From NCBI GenBank assembly GCA_026396275.1, contig JAPLXC010000007.1:37084-101083 (forward strand): 64,000 bases of DNA, given 5' to 3'. This document shows positions 1 to 9,985 of the stretch, piece by piece. This stretch comes from Candidatus Moraniibacteriota bacterium (GTDB taxonomy: Bacteria > Patescibacteriota > Minisyncoccia > Moranbacterales > JAPLXC01). The position numbers and the translations under genes are program-made. How positions within the stretch are numbered: position 1 is the first letter of the stretch; every line of letters starts with the position of its first letter. The notes below the pieces were generated by a model. The model was not told the origin of the DNA and did no database searches. It saw nothing but the letters and a program-made list of their open reading frames with translations.

Positions 1-993
1 GCATTCCTTCATTTGAAGCAGAAAAGGAGAATGGACCGCGGTTCCCTTGCCGTGAAGAACGTTCTCAATAATTTCCTGGCGGTTTGTGCCATAAGCCAGA
101 GCCTTGCGAACATCGTCATTGGCTAGCGCTATGTTCTTGGTCTGATTAAAAAAGACGGCAAAATATCGAGGAATGTTTAATTCATGAATGCGCGTGCTTT
201 TGGACACCTTAATTTCGGAAATTTTCTCCGGAGCAATATTTCCTATTCCTTTTATTTCCTTTTCATTGTAAGCGGAAACTGCGGCATCCTCATCCGGATA
301 GAAATTAAAAGTAATCTTTGAAATGTTGGGCTGGCCTTCGAAATAGTCCTTAAAGGCTGCAAGATTATAAGTCAGAATATTACCACTGGAATCCTTTTGC
401 AAATCAGAAAACTGATAAGGACCGGAACCGATCGGACGAAGATTGTATTCAGCCAGTGAAAATTTTTCCGGAGCAATATTTTCCCAAATATGCTTAGGCA
501 GGATTCCCATTGTTAAGTTGCGAGGAAAGCCGAAGTAGGGGCTGTTCAACGCGAAGGAAAGCGTATAGTCGTCAACCTGGCTAACTTCTACTCCCTGCCA
601 ATTCTGACGAAGAGGACTTTTGTAAGCCGGATCCTGAACAACACTTAAGGTGAAAAAGACGTCGCTCGCGTCCAGCTGCTCCCCGTCATGCCATTTTATG
701 TTTTTCCTTAGATGAACAGTGTGGGTTTTCTGATCAGAAGAAATTTCGTAGCTTTCCGCAAGATTATTAACCAAGTTCCCCTGATTATCGTACTTCAGCA
801 AACCGCTGTATATTAACTGGACCAAATCGGAATCGGCTTCGCTTGTTTGAGAAAGCAGAGGATTTACGTACATCGGCTGTCCCACAACTCCTTCTATATA
901 TTCTCCTCCTTGTTTCGGAACCTCTTGAGTAAGTCGGAAATACCAAGAGCCAATCCAGAAAAAAAGAGAGGTCACAATAATAGTCGCAAGCAA
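1..993 (-). CDS. ABC transporter substrate-binding protein, family 5 (peptide/nickel), 3'-partial
   Basis: Manual translation: TM anchor then GGEYIEGVVGQPMYVNPLL..., WHDGEQLDASDVFFT and PIGSGPY motifs. Runs off the window edge. First canonical start is TTG at 993; frame is open to ~1095. Confidence 0.85.
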   Translation of the reverse strand, partial: MLATIIVTSLFFWIGSWYFRLTQEVPKQGGEYIEGVVGQPMYVNPLLSQTSEADSDLVQLIYSGLLKYDNQGNLVNNLAESYEISSDQKTHTVHLRKNIKWHDGEQLDASDVFFTLSVVQDPAYKSPLRQNWQGVEVSQVDDYTLSFALNSPYFGFPRNLTMGILPKHIWENIAPEKFSLAEYNLRPIGSGPYQFSDLQKDSSGNILTYNLAAFKDYFEGQPNISKITFNFYPDEDAAVSAYNEKEIKGIGNIAPEKISEIKVSKSTRIHELNIPRYFAVFFNQTKNIALANDDVRKALAYGTNRQEIIENVLHGKGTAVHSPFLLQMKEC

Positions 994-1103
994 CGTAACA
1001 AATGCCTTCTCTCGAAAGCTAAGGGTCTTACTGACATAGAACCAGTTAGAAGGCAGAAGAAATTTAATTTTTTCCTTGATGCTAATATGTTTTTTCTAGA
1101 AAA

Positions 1104-1325
1104 TTAAGATCTCGCGAAAAAAACAGTGGCCACTGCCATTGCCAGAAAAAGCACAGATAATACTACCGAGAATTGAAAGAGAAATTTTTCTATTCCCCGT
1201 TTTGTGTAATAGCCCCCGAAATCACCGCCAAATGCCGCGCTTAGCCCCGACCCGCGGTTTTGAAGCAGAATGGAAACCACAAGCATAATCGCTATAACAA
1301 TCTGCGCAATTGTGAGTATTTTCAT
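1104..1325 (-). CDS. secG: Preprotein translocase subunit SecG
   Basis: 73 aa, two TM segments, ILLQ-RGSGLSAAFGG motif. Confidence 0.93.
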   Translation of the reverse strand: MKILTIAQIVIAIMLVVSILLQNRGSGLSAAFGGDFGGYYTKRGIEKFLFQFSVVLSVLFLAMAVATVFFARS

Positions 1326-1365
1326 ACAACTAATACCCTATCACAAGTGTGCTGGGAAATCAACC

Positions 1366-2040
1366 TCAAAAAATAATTATTGCTAATTCTCCTTTTATTT
1401 CCCCTTTTTTTTCGCTAAAATACCGCTGTACTTCCTCGATACTTCCCCGGACGATCTCTTCAAACATTTTCGTAAGTTCCCGGCCGACAATTACATTTTT
1501 CTTAGTTTCCATCCGGTTGAGAAGTTCAAGATTTTTGAGCAAGCGGTGAGGCGATTCATAGTATAGTACTGGATGGCGCAAAACGGAAATTTCCCGAAAA
1601 AATGTTTCTCTTCCCTTTTTGTGAGGAGGAAATCCCATAAACGCAAACCGCTGCATATCAATTCCTGCCACGCTTACCAAGGCAGTAAGAGCCGAGGGAC
1701 CCGGAATCGGAATGGATAAAAATCCATCTTTAACCAATTCTCCAACTAACTTATTTCCTGGATCAGAAATTCCGGGAGTGCCGGAGTCCGTTACTAGGGC
1801 AATATTCTTTCCCTGGGTCAGTAAGTCCTTGAGATAATTTTCCCGTTGGCGGGAACTGTGCTGATGATAGGATATCAAGGGTTTTTGTATGTTATAATGG
1901 CGGAGAAGCTTTTGGGTCACGCGCGTGTCCTCGCAGGCAATAAGATCAACATTCTTTAAAACTTCAAGAGCCCTTAAGGTTATATCTTTTAAATTCCCTA
2001 TCGGAGTGGCAATGACGTATAATGTTCCAAAATTGTTCAT
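1366..2040 (-). CDS. rsmI: 16S rRNA (cytidine1402-2'-O)-methyltransferase
   Basis: LYVIATPIGNLKDIT, ACEDTR, DSGTPGISDPG, YESPHR, RELTKMFEE motifs. Confidence 0.96.
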   Translation of the reverse strand: MNNFGTLYVIATPIGNLKDITLRALEVLKNVDLIACEDTRVTQKLLRHYNIQKPLISYHQHSSRQRENYLKDLLTQGKNIALVTDSGTPGISDPGNKLVGELVKDGFLSIPIPGPSALTALVSVAGIDMQRFAFMGFPPHKKGRETFFREISVLRHPVLYYESPHRLLKNLELLNRMETKKNVIVGRELTKMFEEIVRGSIEEVQRYFSEKKGEIKGELAIIIF

Positions 2041-2045
2041 TAAAT

Positions 2046-2110
2046 TATTAACGAGTTAATGTGTTAACGAGTTATTTTTATTAACCCGTTAATTCGTGAA
2101 CCCGTTAACT
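2046..2110. repeat. 8-nt degenerate tandem repeats (TTAACGAG / TTAACCCG) in inverted arrangement
   Basis: Seen directly between divergent genes. Confidence 0.7.
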
Positions 2111-2127
2111 GGATAATTTTTTAATAT

Positions 2128-2583
2128 ATGCTTTTAGCTACTCACGCTCTTACCGGTGCGATTATCGGGAAAAACATAGCGAGCTCCTGGCTGGTAATTA
2201 TTTTTTCCCTGATACTGCATTACGTTCTGGATATTTTTCGCCACGGGGAATACTTGAACCGAAATTCCCGCTGGATCGAATTCTGGAAAGTGCTGGCCGA
2301 TCTGGCAGTAGGATCTTCAATTCTTGCGCTAGTAATTTATTTTTTAAATCCTCCGGCGGCAGTGACAAAAAATATGCTAATTGGCGCTCTTTTTTCAATG
2401 TTTCCCGACTTTTTCTCCCTTATGTATTTTAAGTTCAATGTCGGATTTCTCAAAAAACTATTTGATTTTCATGTCTGGATCCACCGCTACCCGCCGCTTT
2501 CTCCTGAGAGGGAATGGAATTTAAGAAACGCATTTAATGATATTATCGTTTCAATAACTGCTATTATACTTTTAATAGTTTAA
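2128..2583 (+). CDS. Membrane protein, metal-dependent hydrolase-like
   Basis: THALTG, HYVLD and PDFF motifs; several TM segments. Confidence 0.65.
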   Translation: MLLATHALTGAIIGKNIASSWLVIIFSLILHYVLDIFRHGEYLNRNSRWIEFWKVLADLAVGSSILALVIYFLNPPAAVTKNMLIGALFSMFPDFFSLMYFKFNVGFLKKLFDFHVWIHRYPPLSPEREWNLRNAFNDIIVSITAIILLIV

Positions 2584-2652
2584 TGCAAAGTGAAAATCTC
2601 AAATTGCTTTTTATATTGTCATTTTGATTTTTGATATTTGATTTTTGATTTT

Positions 2653-5502
2653 TTATAAATACTTCGCTGTCCAGCTTTTTTTGCATTTCTTTAATTTATC
2701 AGGCGTTCCTTCATAGACAATTTCTCCGCCTTTTTCTCCCCCGTCCGGCCCCAGTTCAATCACCCAATCGGCATTGCGGACAACGTCAAGATTGTGCTCC
2801 ACCACCAGAACCGTGTTGCCTCTTTCCACCAGCGCGTCCAAAACGCTAAGAAGGCGTTTAGTATCATCAAAGTGGAGTCCGACCGTGGGCTCATCCAGAA
2901 TATAAAGAGTTTTTCCGGTAGATTTTCTCGCCAGTTCGGCCGCCAGCTTGATCCGCTGCGCTTCCCCGCCGGAAAGATTGGTGGCGCTTTGGCCCAGCTT
3001 GAGATATCCCAGTCCCACTTTCTCCATTATCTCCAGCTTTTCGGCAATAAGCGGATAATCGCTGAAAAAGTTAAGGGCAAAACTTACATCCATATCCAAC
3101 ACTTCAGCAATATTGAACCCCCTGAACTCAACATCCAGGGTCTTTTTGCTGTACCGAGTGCCATCGCAGGCCTCGCACTTGATGTACATGTCCGGCAAAA
3201 GATACATTTCAATTTTATTCATTCCCTCTCCCTGGCAGACCTCGCAGCGCCCGCCTTTCATATTAAAACTGAACCGGCTGGCGGCGTAACCCCGAGAGCG
3301 AGCTTCTTCCGTTCCGGCAAAGAGGTCGCGAATTTGAGAAAACACACCGGTGTAGGTGGCGGCATTGGAGCGGGGAGTTCTTCCGATCGGGCTCTGATCA
3401 ACACTGATTACTTTATCAATGGCGCTTATTCCCTGTACGTCTTTATGCTTTCCTGGCTCATCTTTGGCCTTATAGAAATAACGGGCAAGAGCTTTAGCTA
3501 GAATATCTTGAACCAGGGTTGATTTTCCCGATCCCGAGACCCCGCAGATAACCACAAATTTTTCCAATGGAATTTTAACATCAATGTTTTTGAGATTGTG
3601 CTCGCTAGCCTTAATGACTTCAAGTGTTTTTTTGCTTCCTTTCCGATAATCTTCTTTTTCGCAGACCTTCTTTCTTCCGACCAAATAAGCAGCGGTAAGA
3701 GTTTTCGATTGGAGAAGTTTATCTAGTGTTCCCTCAAACACTACGGTCCCCCCATTTTCTCCTGCTCCCGGCCCCATATCAATAATCCAGTCGGCGGCGC
3801 GAATGATGTTTTCGTCATGTTCCACAATCAGCAAGGAATTGCCAGCGTCCCGCAGTGACTTCATAGTCGCCACCAATTTGTCGGTATCGCGGTTATGAAG
3901 TCCGATGGATGGCTCGTCTAAAATATAAGTAATTCCCATGAGACGAGAATTTATTTGCGCTGCGAGGCGAATTCTTTGGGCTTCTCCGCCGGAAATCGTC
4001 TGGGCGCTTCGCGCCAAATTCAGATACTCCAAACCGACATTTTCCAGCGACTCTAGTCGTCTTATCATTTCACGAACCAAGGGCTTGGCAATTTTTCTTT
4101 CCCGATTTTCAGCTTTCCACTGATTACTGTTTGCCAAAAAACGCTTAAGCCGCACCATGTCAAGATTTACTACTTCATCAATCGAACGTTCATCAATAAG
4201 AACAGAAAGATACACTTTTCTTAAGCGTTTTCCTTCGCAGATAGGGCACTGCTGGGAAACCATGTACTTTTCCATTTCGGCTTTCAGAAAATCAGATTTC
4301 GTTTCTTGGTATTTTCTCTCCAGGCCGGGAATAACTCCTTCAAATGGGATCAGAACTGAAGAAACTCCTCCTAAATCGTACTCCCTTCGTTCGGCAATCA
4401 GCTCATCCTTGTCTCCAAAAAGAATGATATCCAGATGCTTGGAAGAAAGCTTTTTCACAGGAACATTGACGGAAAAGCCATATATTTTCGCCAAGGATTT
4501 TAAAACGGAGAGATGATTCGTCTGGCTGTTCATTTTTCCTCCGGCTTTGCTCCAGGGCTGAATAGCTCCTTCGGAAAGTGACAGATTTTTATTGGGAATA
4601 ATTAGATCCGGGTTTATCTTGAGCACAAATCCCAATCCGGAACATTGCAGACAGGCCCCTTCCGGGTTGTTAAAAGAAAAGTGGCGAGGAGTGAGTTCCC
4701 GCAGCGCAGTGCCGCACTGCCGGCAAAGAAAGTCCTGATTGTAAGTTTTTTCTTTACTGTTATCAATTACAACAAGAGTTGATCCCTTTCCCAGTTTCAT
4801 AGCCGTTTCAATCGAATCCACGATTCGCTCCCGATCCGGATTTTTTCGGTCAAGGATAATTCTATCGACCACAATCTCGATATCAGCAGGAATTTTATCA
4901 CTGGCAATCAGCAAGGCCTCAGGTGCTCCCATCACTTTTTTGTTAAAGCGCACTCGGGCATAACCGGCTTGTTGAATACCGCGCAGTATCTCTTTGGAAT
5001 TTTTATTTTTGTCCAATGGTTTAGCTAAAATCATAATGTGGCTCCGGTGGGGCAGCGGCAGAATCTCGTCCAGAATTTCCTGATTGCTTTTTTTCTGCAT
5101 CAGCGTTCCGCACTCGGGGCAATGGGGTTTTCCGATTTTGGCAAAAAGAATTCGCAGATAATCGTAAATTTCCGTGAGCGTTCCCACAGTGGAGCGCGGG
5201 CTGCGGCTGATTGACCGCTGATCAATGGCAATGGTGGGGCTCAGGTTCTCGATCTTATCAACATCGGGCTTGACGGAGGCATCCAAAAAATTGCGCGCGT
5301 AAGAAGAAATCCCTTCCATATAGCGGCGATTGCCTTCGGTAAAAATTGTGTCGAAAGCCAAAGAGGATTTTCCCGAACCGGAAAGTCCTGTGATTATTAC
5401 CAGTTTGTCGCGGGGAATGTCGACATCAATATTCTTCAGGTTGTTCACCCGCGCACCCCGAACCAGAATTTTGTCCCTTTGGCTTGAACTTTTTTTTGCC
5501 AT
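2653..5502 (-). CDS. uvrA: Excinuclease ABC subunit A
   Basis: Two Walker A ([16 protein letters not shown]), zinc fingers, (L/I)SGGEAQR signatures. Confidence 0.98.
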   Translation of the reverse strand: MAKKSSSQRDKILVRGARVNNLKNIDVDIPRDKLVIITGLSGSGKSSLAFDTIFTEGNRRYMEGISSYARNFLDASVKPDVDKIENLSPTIAIDQRSISRSPRSTVGTLTEIYDYLRILFAKIGKPHCPECGTLMQKKSNQEILDEILPLPHRSHIMILAKPLDKNKNSKEILRGIQQAGYARVRFNKKVMGAPEALLIASDKIPADIEIVVDRIILDRKNPDRERIVDSIETAMKLGKGSTLVVIDNSKEKTYNQDFLCRQCGTALRELTPRHFSFNNPEGACLQCSGLGFVLKINPDLIIPNKNLSLSEGAIQPWSKAGGKMNSQTNHLSVLKSLAKIYGFSVNVPVKKLSSKHLDIILFGDKDELIAERREYDLGGVSSVLIPFEGVIPGLERKYQETKSDFLKAEMEKYMVSQQCPICEGKRLRKVYLSVLIDERSIDEVVNLDMVRLKRFLANSNQWKAENRERKIAKPLVREMIRRLESLENVGLEYLNLARSAQTISGGEAQRIRLAAQINSRLMGITYILDEPSIGLHNRDTDKLVATMKSLRDAGNSLLIVEHDENIIRAADWIIDMGPGAGENGGTVVFEGTLDKLLQSKTLTAAYLVGRKKVCEKEDYRKGSKKTLEVIKASEHNLKNIDVKIPLEKFVVICGVSGSGKSTLVQDILAKALARYFYKAKDEPGKHKDVQGISAIDKVISVDQSPIGRTPRSNAATYTGVFSQIRDLFAGTEEARSRGYAASRFSFNMKGGRCEVCQGEGMNKIEMYLLPDMYIKCEACDGTRYSKKTLDVEFRGFNIAEVLDMDVSFALNFFSDYPLIAEKLEIMEKVGLGYLKLGQSATNLSGGEAQRIKLAAELARKSTGKTLYILDEPTVGLHFDDTKRLLSVLDALVERGNTVLVVEHNLDVVRNADWVIELGPDGGEKGGEIVYEGTPDKLKKCKKSWTAKYL

Positions 5503-5517
5503 TTGAGAGGAAAGTAC

Positions 5518-5630
5518 ACCCCCACATCAATTCCAGGAAAACCCGAGATAATTTAAAGTCATAAGTCGAAGCCGCTTATCGGCTTTAGTAATCGATTACT
5601 AAAGGTCTTTATAAGAATTGGTGTGGAGGT
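5518..5630. repeat. Inverted-repeat-bounded element with internal 22-bp perfect palindrome
   Basis: ACCCCCACATCAATTC ... GAATTGGTGTGGAGGT; internal CTTTAGTAATCGATTACTAAAG at 5583-5604. Confidence 0.7.
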
Positions 5631-5894
5631 AAATAAATCACGCTAATTGTAAATGGTAAAGGATTTTTAGGGATTTGTAAAGACCTGAATTCCGGACATA
5701 GACAAGTTACGTCCAAATAAATAATATTAACCCCGGAGCAAGCTCTGGACTTTATTTGCGCAGTTCCGCTGCAGCTTGAGAGAAGAAGAAAGCAATCGAG
5801 AGCGAATTAGATCAGATGAGACTCAAACTTCAGCAACTTAAAGTCATTTTTGACACGATTACAGTTCCAACTCAGCAATGAGCTACCCGTCCAG

Positions 5895-5932
5895 GCAGGA
5901 GTAATAAGTTCAAACTTATCTCCTGCTTTTTT
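5895..5932 (+). terminator. Rho-independent terminator
   Basis: GCAGGAG..ATAAG / CTTAT.CTCCTGC hairpin followed by T6. Confidence 0.7.
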
Positions 5933-5949
5933 ATTTCTAAATCAGTTTG

Positions 5950-5987
5950 TAGTTTACTTTTCTAGCTATGGCTAGAAAAGTAAACTA
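5950..5987. repeat. Perfect 17-bp-arm inverted repeat
   Basis: TAGTTTACTTTTCTAGC-TATG-GCTAGAAAAGTAAACTA. Confidence 0.85.
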
Positions 5988-6036
5988 ATCGCGGATTGGA
6001 AGTTATTAATAAAATTAATTATGCTATAATTTCCTT

Positions 6037-6258
6037 ATGAGAACCAAAAAAATCAAAGCTCCTGCCCGCAATGTAACCCATAATAAAAACCAGCAAAAAC
6101 CATTAACTGAAATGGATACTGATGAAATTTTAGAAGCATACGGGCATAGCGTTGCAGGCGGGGAAAAACGCGAGATTAAAAAACGAAAGAAAATGATGGT
6201 TTCCGGCAAAAGCGTGTTTAAAATCAAGGAAATTATTGACAAAAAATCGAAGAACTGA
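6037..6258 (+). CDS. Small basic hypothetical protein
   Basis: 73-aa ORF with TGnTATAAT -10 box just upstream. Confidence 0.6.
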   Translation: MRTKKIKAPARNVTHNKNQQKPLTEMDTDEILEAYGHSVAGGEKREIKKRKKMMVSGKSVFKIKEIIDKKSKN

Positions 6259-6372
6259 TAAGCTTTTATTACAACTTAGAAAGTCCCGATTCGCTTCGCT
6301 CCGATGTTGCGTCGGAGATAAGGCGAAATAATCCATCAAAAGGGCTTTCTTTGGTGGATATTTTAATAACAA

Positions 6373-6433
6373 AACTTGAAGCTTGAAACGTAAAAATAAA
6401 TTTGTTTCATGTTTTATGTTACATGTTACATGA
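6373..6433. repeat. Heptamer-repeat hairpin upstream of rpsF
   Basis: CTTGAAG/CTTGAAA units facing TGTTTCA/TGTTTTA/TGTTACA units. Confidence 0.75.
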
Positions 6434-6437
6434 ACTA

Positions 6438-6884
6438 ATGCTCTACGAACTTTGTTACCTCGTCGGTGAATCCAATGAGCCCAAACTGGAAGAAATAAAA
6501 AAGGAAGTGGCAGCTATCGTCACCCAGACAGGAGGCATTTTTCAGGAACCCCAAATTATTGAAAAAAGAAAAATGTCTTATAAAATAAAAGGACAGTTTC
6601 GGGGAACATACGCTGCCCAGCGTTTTGAAATACCGGAAAAAGATTTTTCTGAACAAAAGCCCGGGGAGGCAAATGCTATCCAGGCCATAACCAAAAAGCT
6701 GAATCTTGACCAGAACATCCTTCGCTTTATTATCGTAAAAACCGATGATCTTCCTGAACTTAGGCCGAAGGAAATTGCTCCCAGAGAAAAAGTAGTCGCT
6801 GCACCGGTCAAAAGAAAAGATAAGGAGAAAACCGCGCCGGCTAAAAGCATTGACGAGAAATTAGAGGAAATTTTAAACATATAA
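6438..6884 (+). CDS. rpsF: 30S ribosomal protein S6
   Basis: MLYEL..., KRKMSYKIK, ILRFII motifs; start reassigned to ATG 6438; rpsF-ssb-rpsR synteny. Confidence 0.92.
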   Translation: MLYELCYLVGESNEPKLEEIKKEVAAIVTQTGGIFQEPQIIEKRKMSYKIKGQFRGTYAAQRFEIPEKDFSEQKPGEANAIQAITKKLNLDQNILRFIIVKTDDLPELRPKEIAPREKVVAAPVKRKDKEKTAPAKSIDEKLEEILNI

Positions 6885-6889
6885 TTCAC

Positions 6890-6950
6890 AAAACATGAAA
6901 CATGAAACATGAAACAATTAATGTTACATGTTGTATGCTACATGTTATAT
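6890..6950. repeat. Heptamer-repeat hairpin upstream of ssb
   Basis: (ACATGAA)x3 facing TGTTACA/TGTTGTA/TGCTACA/TGTTATA. Confidence 0.85.
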
Positions 6951-6955
6951 GACGT

Positions 6956-7408
6956 ATGAACGTCAACAAAGCAATCTTAGTCGGCCGCTTAACCCGCGAT
7001 CCCGACATCCGCACCACTCAATCCGGACAAACCGTGGTCACGATAGGGCTGGCCACCAACACTTTCTGGACCGACAAAAGCGGCCAGAAACAGGAAAGGA
7101 CAGAATTTCACAATGTTGTTTTGTGGGGACGCCTCGCCGAAATTGCCGGCCAATATCTGACCAAAGGGCAGGAGGCCTATTTTGAAGGTCGTCTTCAAAC
7201 CAGAACCTACACCGGCAAAGACGGCGTGGAGCGAAGAGCAACTGAAATTATCGCCGAGAATATGCAGCTGGGCAGCCGTCCGCGAGGGGAAGGTGTGTCT
7301 CCGTCCTCTGCCGCTGCGGCGCAAAAAAAAGAACTGACTGAAGAAATCCCCACTATCAACCTTGACGAAGAGCAGGGAGAAGTGAAAATTGAGAATGTCC
7401 CGTTTTAA
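6956..7408 (+). CDS. ssb: Single-stranded DNA-binding protein
   Basis: NKAILVGRLTRDP, EGRLQTR, acidic C-terminal ..VPF. Confidence 0.97.
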   Translation: MNVNKAILVGRLTRDPDIRTTQSGQTVVTIGLATNTFWTDKSGQKQERTEFHNVVLWGRLAEIAGQYLTKGQEAYFEGRLQTRTYTGKDGVERRATEIIAENMQLGSRPRGEGVSPSSAAAAQKKELTEEIPTINLDEEQGEVKIENVPF

Positions 7409-7419
7409 TAACTATCCTC

Positions 7420-7489
7420 GCATGCGACATATAGCATAAAACACGCAATAATGGAGAATGTTTTATGTTACATATTTCGTGTTACGTGA
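7420..7489. repeat. Heptamer-repeat hairpin upstream of rpsR
   Basis: Same degenerate 7-mer family in inverted arrangement. Confidence 0.75.
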
Positions 7490-7493
7490 AAAT

Positions 7494-7700
7494 ATGGAAG
7501 CAAAAATCTGCCACTTTTGCGATCAAAAGATGGATAAAATCGACTATAAAGACGCCTACCTTTTGCGCCGGTTTATGAATTCGCAGGGGAAAATCTATCC
7601 GCCCCGCCGGCACGGAACGTGCTCCAAACACCAGCGAACTCTGGTTCGGGCTATCAAAAGAGCCAGAATTATGGCATTGGTGCCGTTTACAGTTAAGTAA
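7494..7700 (+). CDS. rpsR: 30S ribosomal protein S18 (Zn-binding C+ type)
   Basis: CHFC, IDYKD, CSKHQR, AIKRARIMALVPF; start reassigned to 7494. Confidence 0.96.
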   Translation: MEAKICHFCDQKMDKIDYKDAYLLRRFMNSQGKIYPPRRHGTCSKHQRTLVRAIKRARIMALVPFTVK

Positions 7701-7702
7701 AA

Positions 7703-7769
7703 TCATGAAACATAAAACACGAAACATGTAACAATAAGTTACAAATGTTTTATGTTGTATGCTACATGG
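7703..7769. repeat. Heptamer-repeat hairpin upstream of efp
   Basis: CATGAAA/CATAAAA/CACGAAA/CATGTAA facing TGTTTTA/TGTTGTA/TGCTACA. Confidence 0.8.
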
Positions 7770-7772
7770 AAT

Positions 7773-8330
7773 ATGTTGGGTATTTCTGAAATCAAAACCG
7801 GAAAAAACATTGTCCTAGACGGCGAGCCATACGCTGTGCTTTATCACGAACATTCCAAAATCGGGCGAGCCGGAGCGGTACTGCGCACTAAAATAAAAAA
7901 TCTGGTGACCGGCGCAGTACTTGAAAAAACTTTCCAAGGAGCAGATAAAGTTGAAGAGGCGGACATTAGCAAATCCAAAGCGCAGTATTTATATAGAGAA
8001 GGAAATAGTTATTTTTTTATGGATACTGAAAGTTATGATCAATTTTCATTGCCGGATAAAGTATTGGAAAACGCAGTAAATTACCTCATTGAAGGAACCG
8101 AAGTTACCATTCTCAATTTCAACGAAAATTCCATAAATGCGGAACTGCCGATAAAAATGAAACTGAAAGTTGTCGATGCTCCGCCGGGAATCAAAGGCGA
8201 CACAGCTTCCTCGGGCGGAAAATCAGTAACCGTGGAGACGGGAATGAAAGTAACCACTCCTCTTTTTGTTAAGGCCGGTGATGAAATAATAGTAAACACT
8301 GAAACGGGAGAATATGTCTCCCGGGCATGA
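7773..8330 (+). CDS. efp: Elongation factor P
   Basis: KIGRAGA loop (Arg at the usually modified position), PGIKGDT, NTETGEYVSRA; start reassigned to 7773. Confidence 0.96.
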   Translation: MLGISEIKTGKNIVLDGEPYAVLYHEHSKIGRAGAVLRTKIKNLVTGAVLEKTFQGADKVEEADISKSKAQYLYREGNSYFFMDTESYDQFSLPDKVLENAVNYLIEGTEVTILNFNENSINAELPIKMKLKVVDAPPGIKGDTASSGGKSVTVETGMKVTTPLFVKAGDEIIVNTETGEYVSRA

Positions 8331-8682
8331 GTTATTCTTTACGAATTACGACGTAAAGTCGCGTGGCGACCACGTCGCTTTACACGAATCAATTACGAAT
8401 ATACTAATTCTTCAATCAGATATTCATATATTTGCCCGCCTGCTGTGAAATTCCTTAAAACTAGTACTGACTCAATAAATTTCTGTTAATAACAAATTTG
8501 TAGAATTTTATTACGGCAGCATTTCGAGCAGGTACGAAATTAATAATTAGTAAACCATTAAAAAAGACGAAGTATGTTACTCCGCCTTTTTTTATTTTCA
8601 AGCGAAGCGAGTGAAATGAAAATTTATTTTCATTTCCGAGCGAGCGCTGAAAAATTTATTTTTTGTCTGGCAGTTCTCGTTT

Positions 8683-8826
8683 TTATATTATCCCTATCTG
8701 GCCGAATAGCGTCATGGCCAAAAGAGGCGTCAGCGCTATAAGCACAGCGAGATTCATTTCCTCCTTTTCTTTCTCCTCCTGCTCCCTCCTTTCGCAATGA
8801 GGGCATTTATCGGTTGTTGGCTCCAT
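8683..8826 (-). CDS. 47-aa small protein (CxxC, charged helix, C-terminal TM), not in ORF track
   Basis: Manual translation MEPTTDKCPHCERREQEEKEKEEMNLAVLIALTPLLAMTLFGQIGII*. Confidence 0.65.
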   Translation of the reverse strand: MEPTTDKCPHCERREQEEKEKEEMNLAVLIALTPLLAMTLFGQIGII

Positions 8827-8852
8827 AGTATTGGGAATTAATAATTAAAAGC

Positions 8853-8878
8853 AAAAAACGGGCTGCCACCCGTTTTTT
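8853..8878. terminator. Bidirectional-type terminator after recA
   Basis: AAAAAACGGG-CTGCCA-CCCGTTTTTT. Confidence 0.75.
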
Positions 8879-8933
8879 AAGCTCTTTATAGAGATTATAG
8901 CAGATTTTTAGCAGGTTGTCAATAATGGAACTT

Positions 8934-9941
8934 CTATCCTTTGGCTTTCTGGATAACGCTTTTTTCTACGTCTTTGATAATTTTCGGATTTTCTTTCAGG
9001 AACTGCTTGGCATTTTCCCTTCCGGTCCCCAGTTTTACTCCTTCAAACATATAAGAATTTCCTGTTTTTTTAATTATTTCGTATTTCACTCCGGTATCAA
9101 CCAGATCCCCCGTTTGGGAAATTCCTTCATTATACATAATATCAAATTCGGTTGTTCTGAATGGAGGAGCTACTTTATTTTTCACCACTTTGGCTTTAAC
9201 GCGGTTGCCCACTACTTCATCCCCTTTTTTGATTTGGGCCGAGCGCCTTACTTCGATCCGGACTGATGAATAAAATTTCAGGGCTTGCCCGCCGGTAGTT
9301 GTTTCTGGATTGCCGAACATTATGCCGATCTTCATCCGGATTTGATTAATAAAAATTACAAGTGTATTTGATTTAGCGATAATGGCGGTTAGTTTGCGAA
9401 GGGCTTGGGACATGAGGCGTGCTTGTCTTCCAATGTGCAGGTCACCCATCTCTCCTTCAATTTCAGCCCGCGGGACCAGAGCCGCTACCGAGTCAATCAC
9501 TATCACATCCACCGCGCCGGAACGGACCAGGGTTTCCACGATATCCAACGCCTGCTCTCCGGTATCCGGCTGGGATATCAAAAGATCGTTAATCTCCACT
9601 CCGATCTTTTTCGCGTATTCCGGATCCAGCGCGTGCTCTGCATCAATAAAAGCTGCCGCTCCGTCCGCTTTTTGGGCATTAGCAATAATGTGAAGAGCGA
9701 GAGTTGTTTTTCCCGACGACTCCGGCCCGTAAATTTCAATTACTCGTCCCCGGGGAACTCCCCCGATTCCCAATGCAATATCCAAGGATATTGAGCCGGT
9801 AGGAATGGCTTCCACATCCACTTTGCGGGCGTCACCCAATTTCATAATCATTCCCTCCCCGAATTTTTCCTTAATTTCCTCCATTACCTTGTCAACTTCT
9901 TTTTCCAAGCCCCTATCATGAATTTTTTGTCCTTTTGGCAT
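8934..9941 (-). CDS. recA: Recombinase A
   Basis: [29 protein letters not shown] motifs. Confidence 0.99.
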   Translation of the reverse strand: MPKGQKIHDRGLEKEVDKVMEEIKEKFGEGMIMKLGDARKVDVEAIPTGSISLDIALGIGGVPRGRVIEIYGPESSGKTTLALHIIANAQKADGAAAFIDAEHALDPEYAKKIGVEINDLLISQPDTGEQALDIVETLVRSGAVDVIVIDSVAALVPRAEIEGEMGDLHIGRQARLMSQALRKLTAIIAKSNTLVIFINQIRMKIGIMFGNPETTTGGQALKFYSSVRIEVRRSAQIKKGDEVVGNRVKAKVVKNKVAPPFRTTEFDIMYNEGISQTGDLVDTGVKYEIIKKTGNSYMFEGVKLGTGRENAKQFLKENPKIIKDVEKSVIQKAKG

Positions 9942-9985
9942 ATGTTTATTGAATAGTTAGATGATTAATTATGTTATTTAGTCCG

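Noticed and set aside
994-1106. secG read-through into the ABC substrate-binding gene
   Set aside because: The two are in different frames, and a TAG lies at 1096-1098 in the binding-protein frame.
6373-7769. CRISPR array
   Set aside because: The repeats are degenerate heptamers in inverted arrangement with no repeat-spacer periodicity, and there are no cas genes.
6402-7772. N-terminal extensions of S6, S18 and EF-P in the ORF track (MFHVLCYML...)
   Set aside because: They are translations of the heptamer repeats; downstream ATGs match the family starts.
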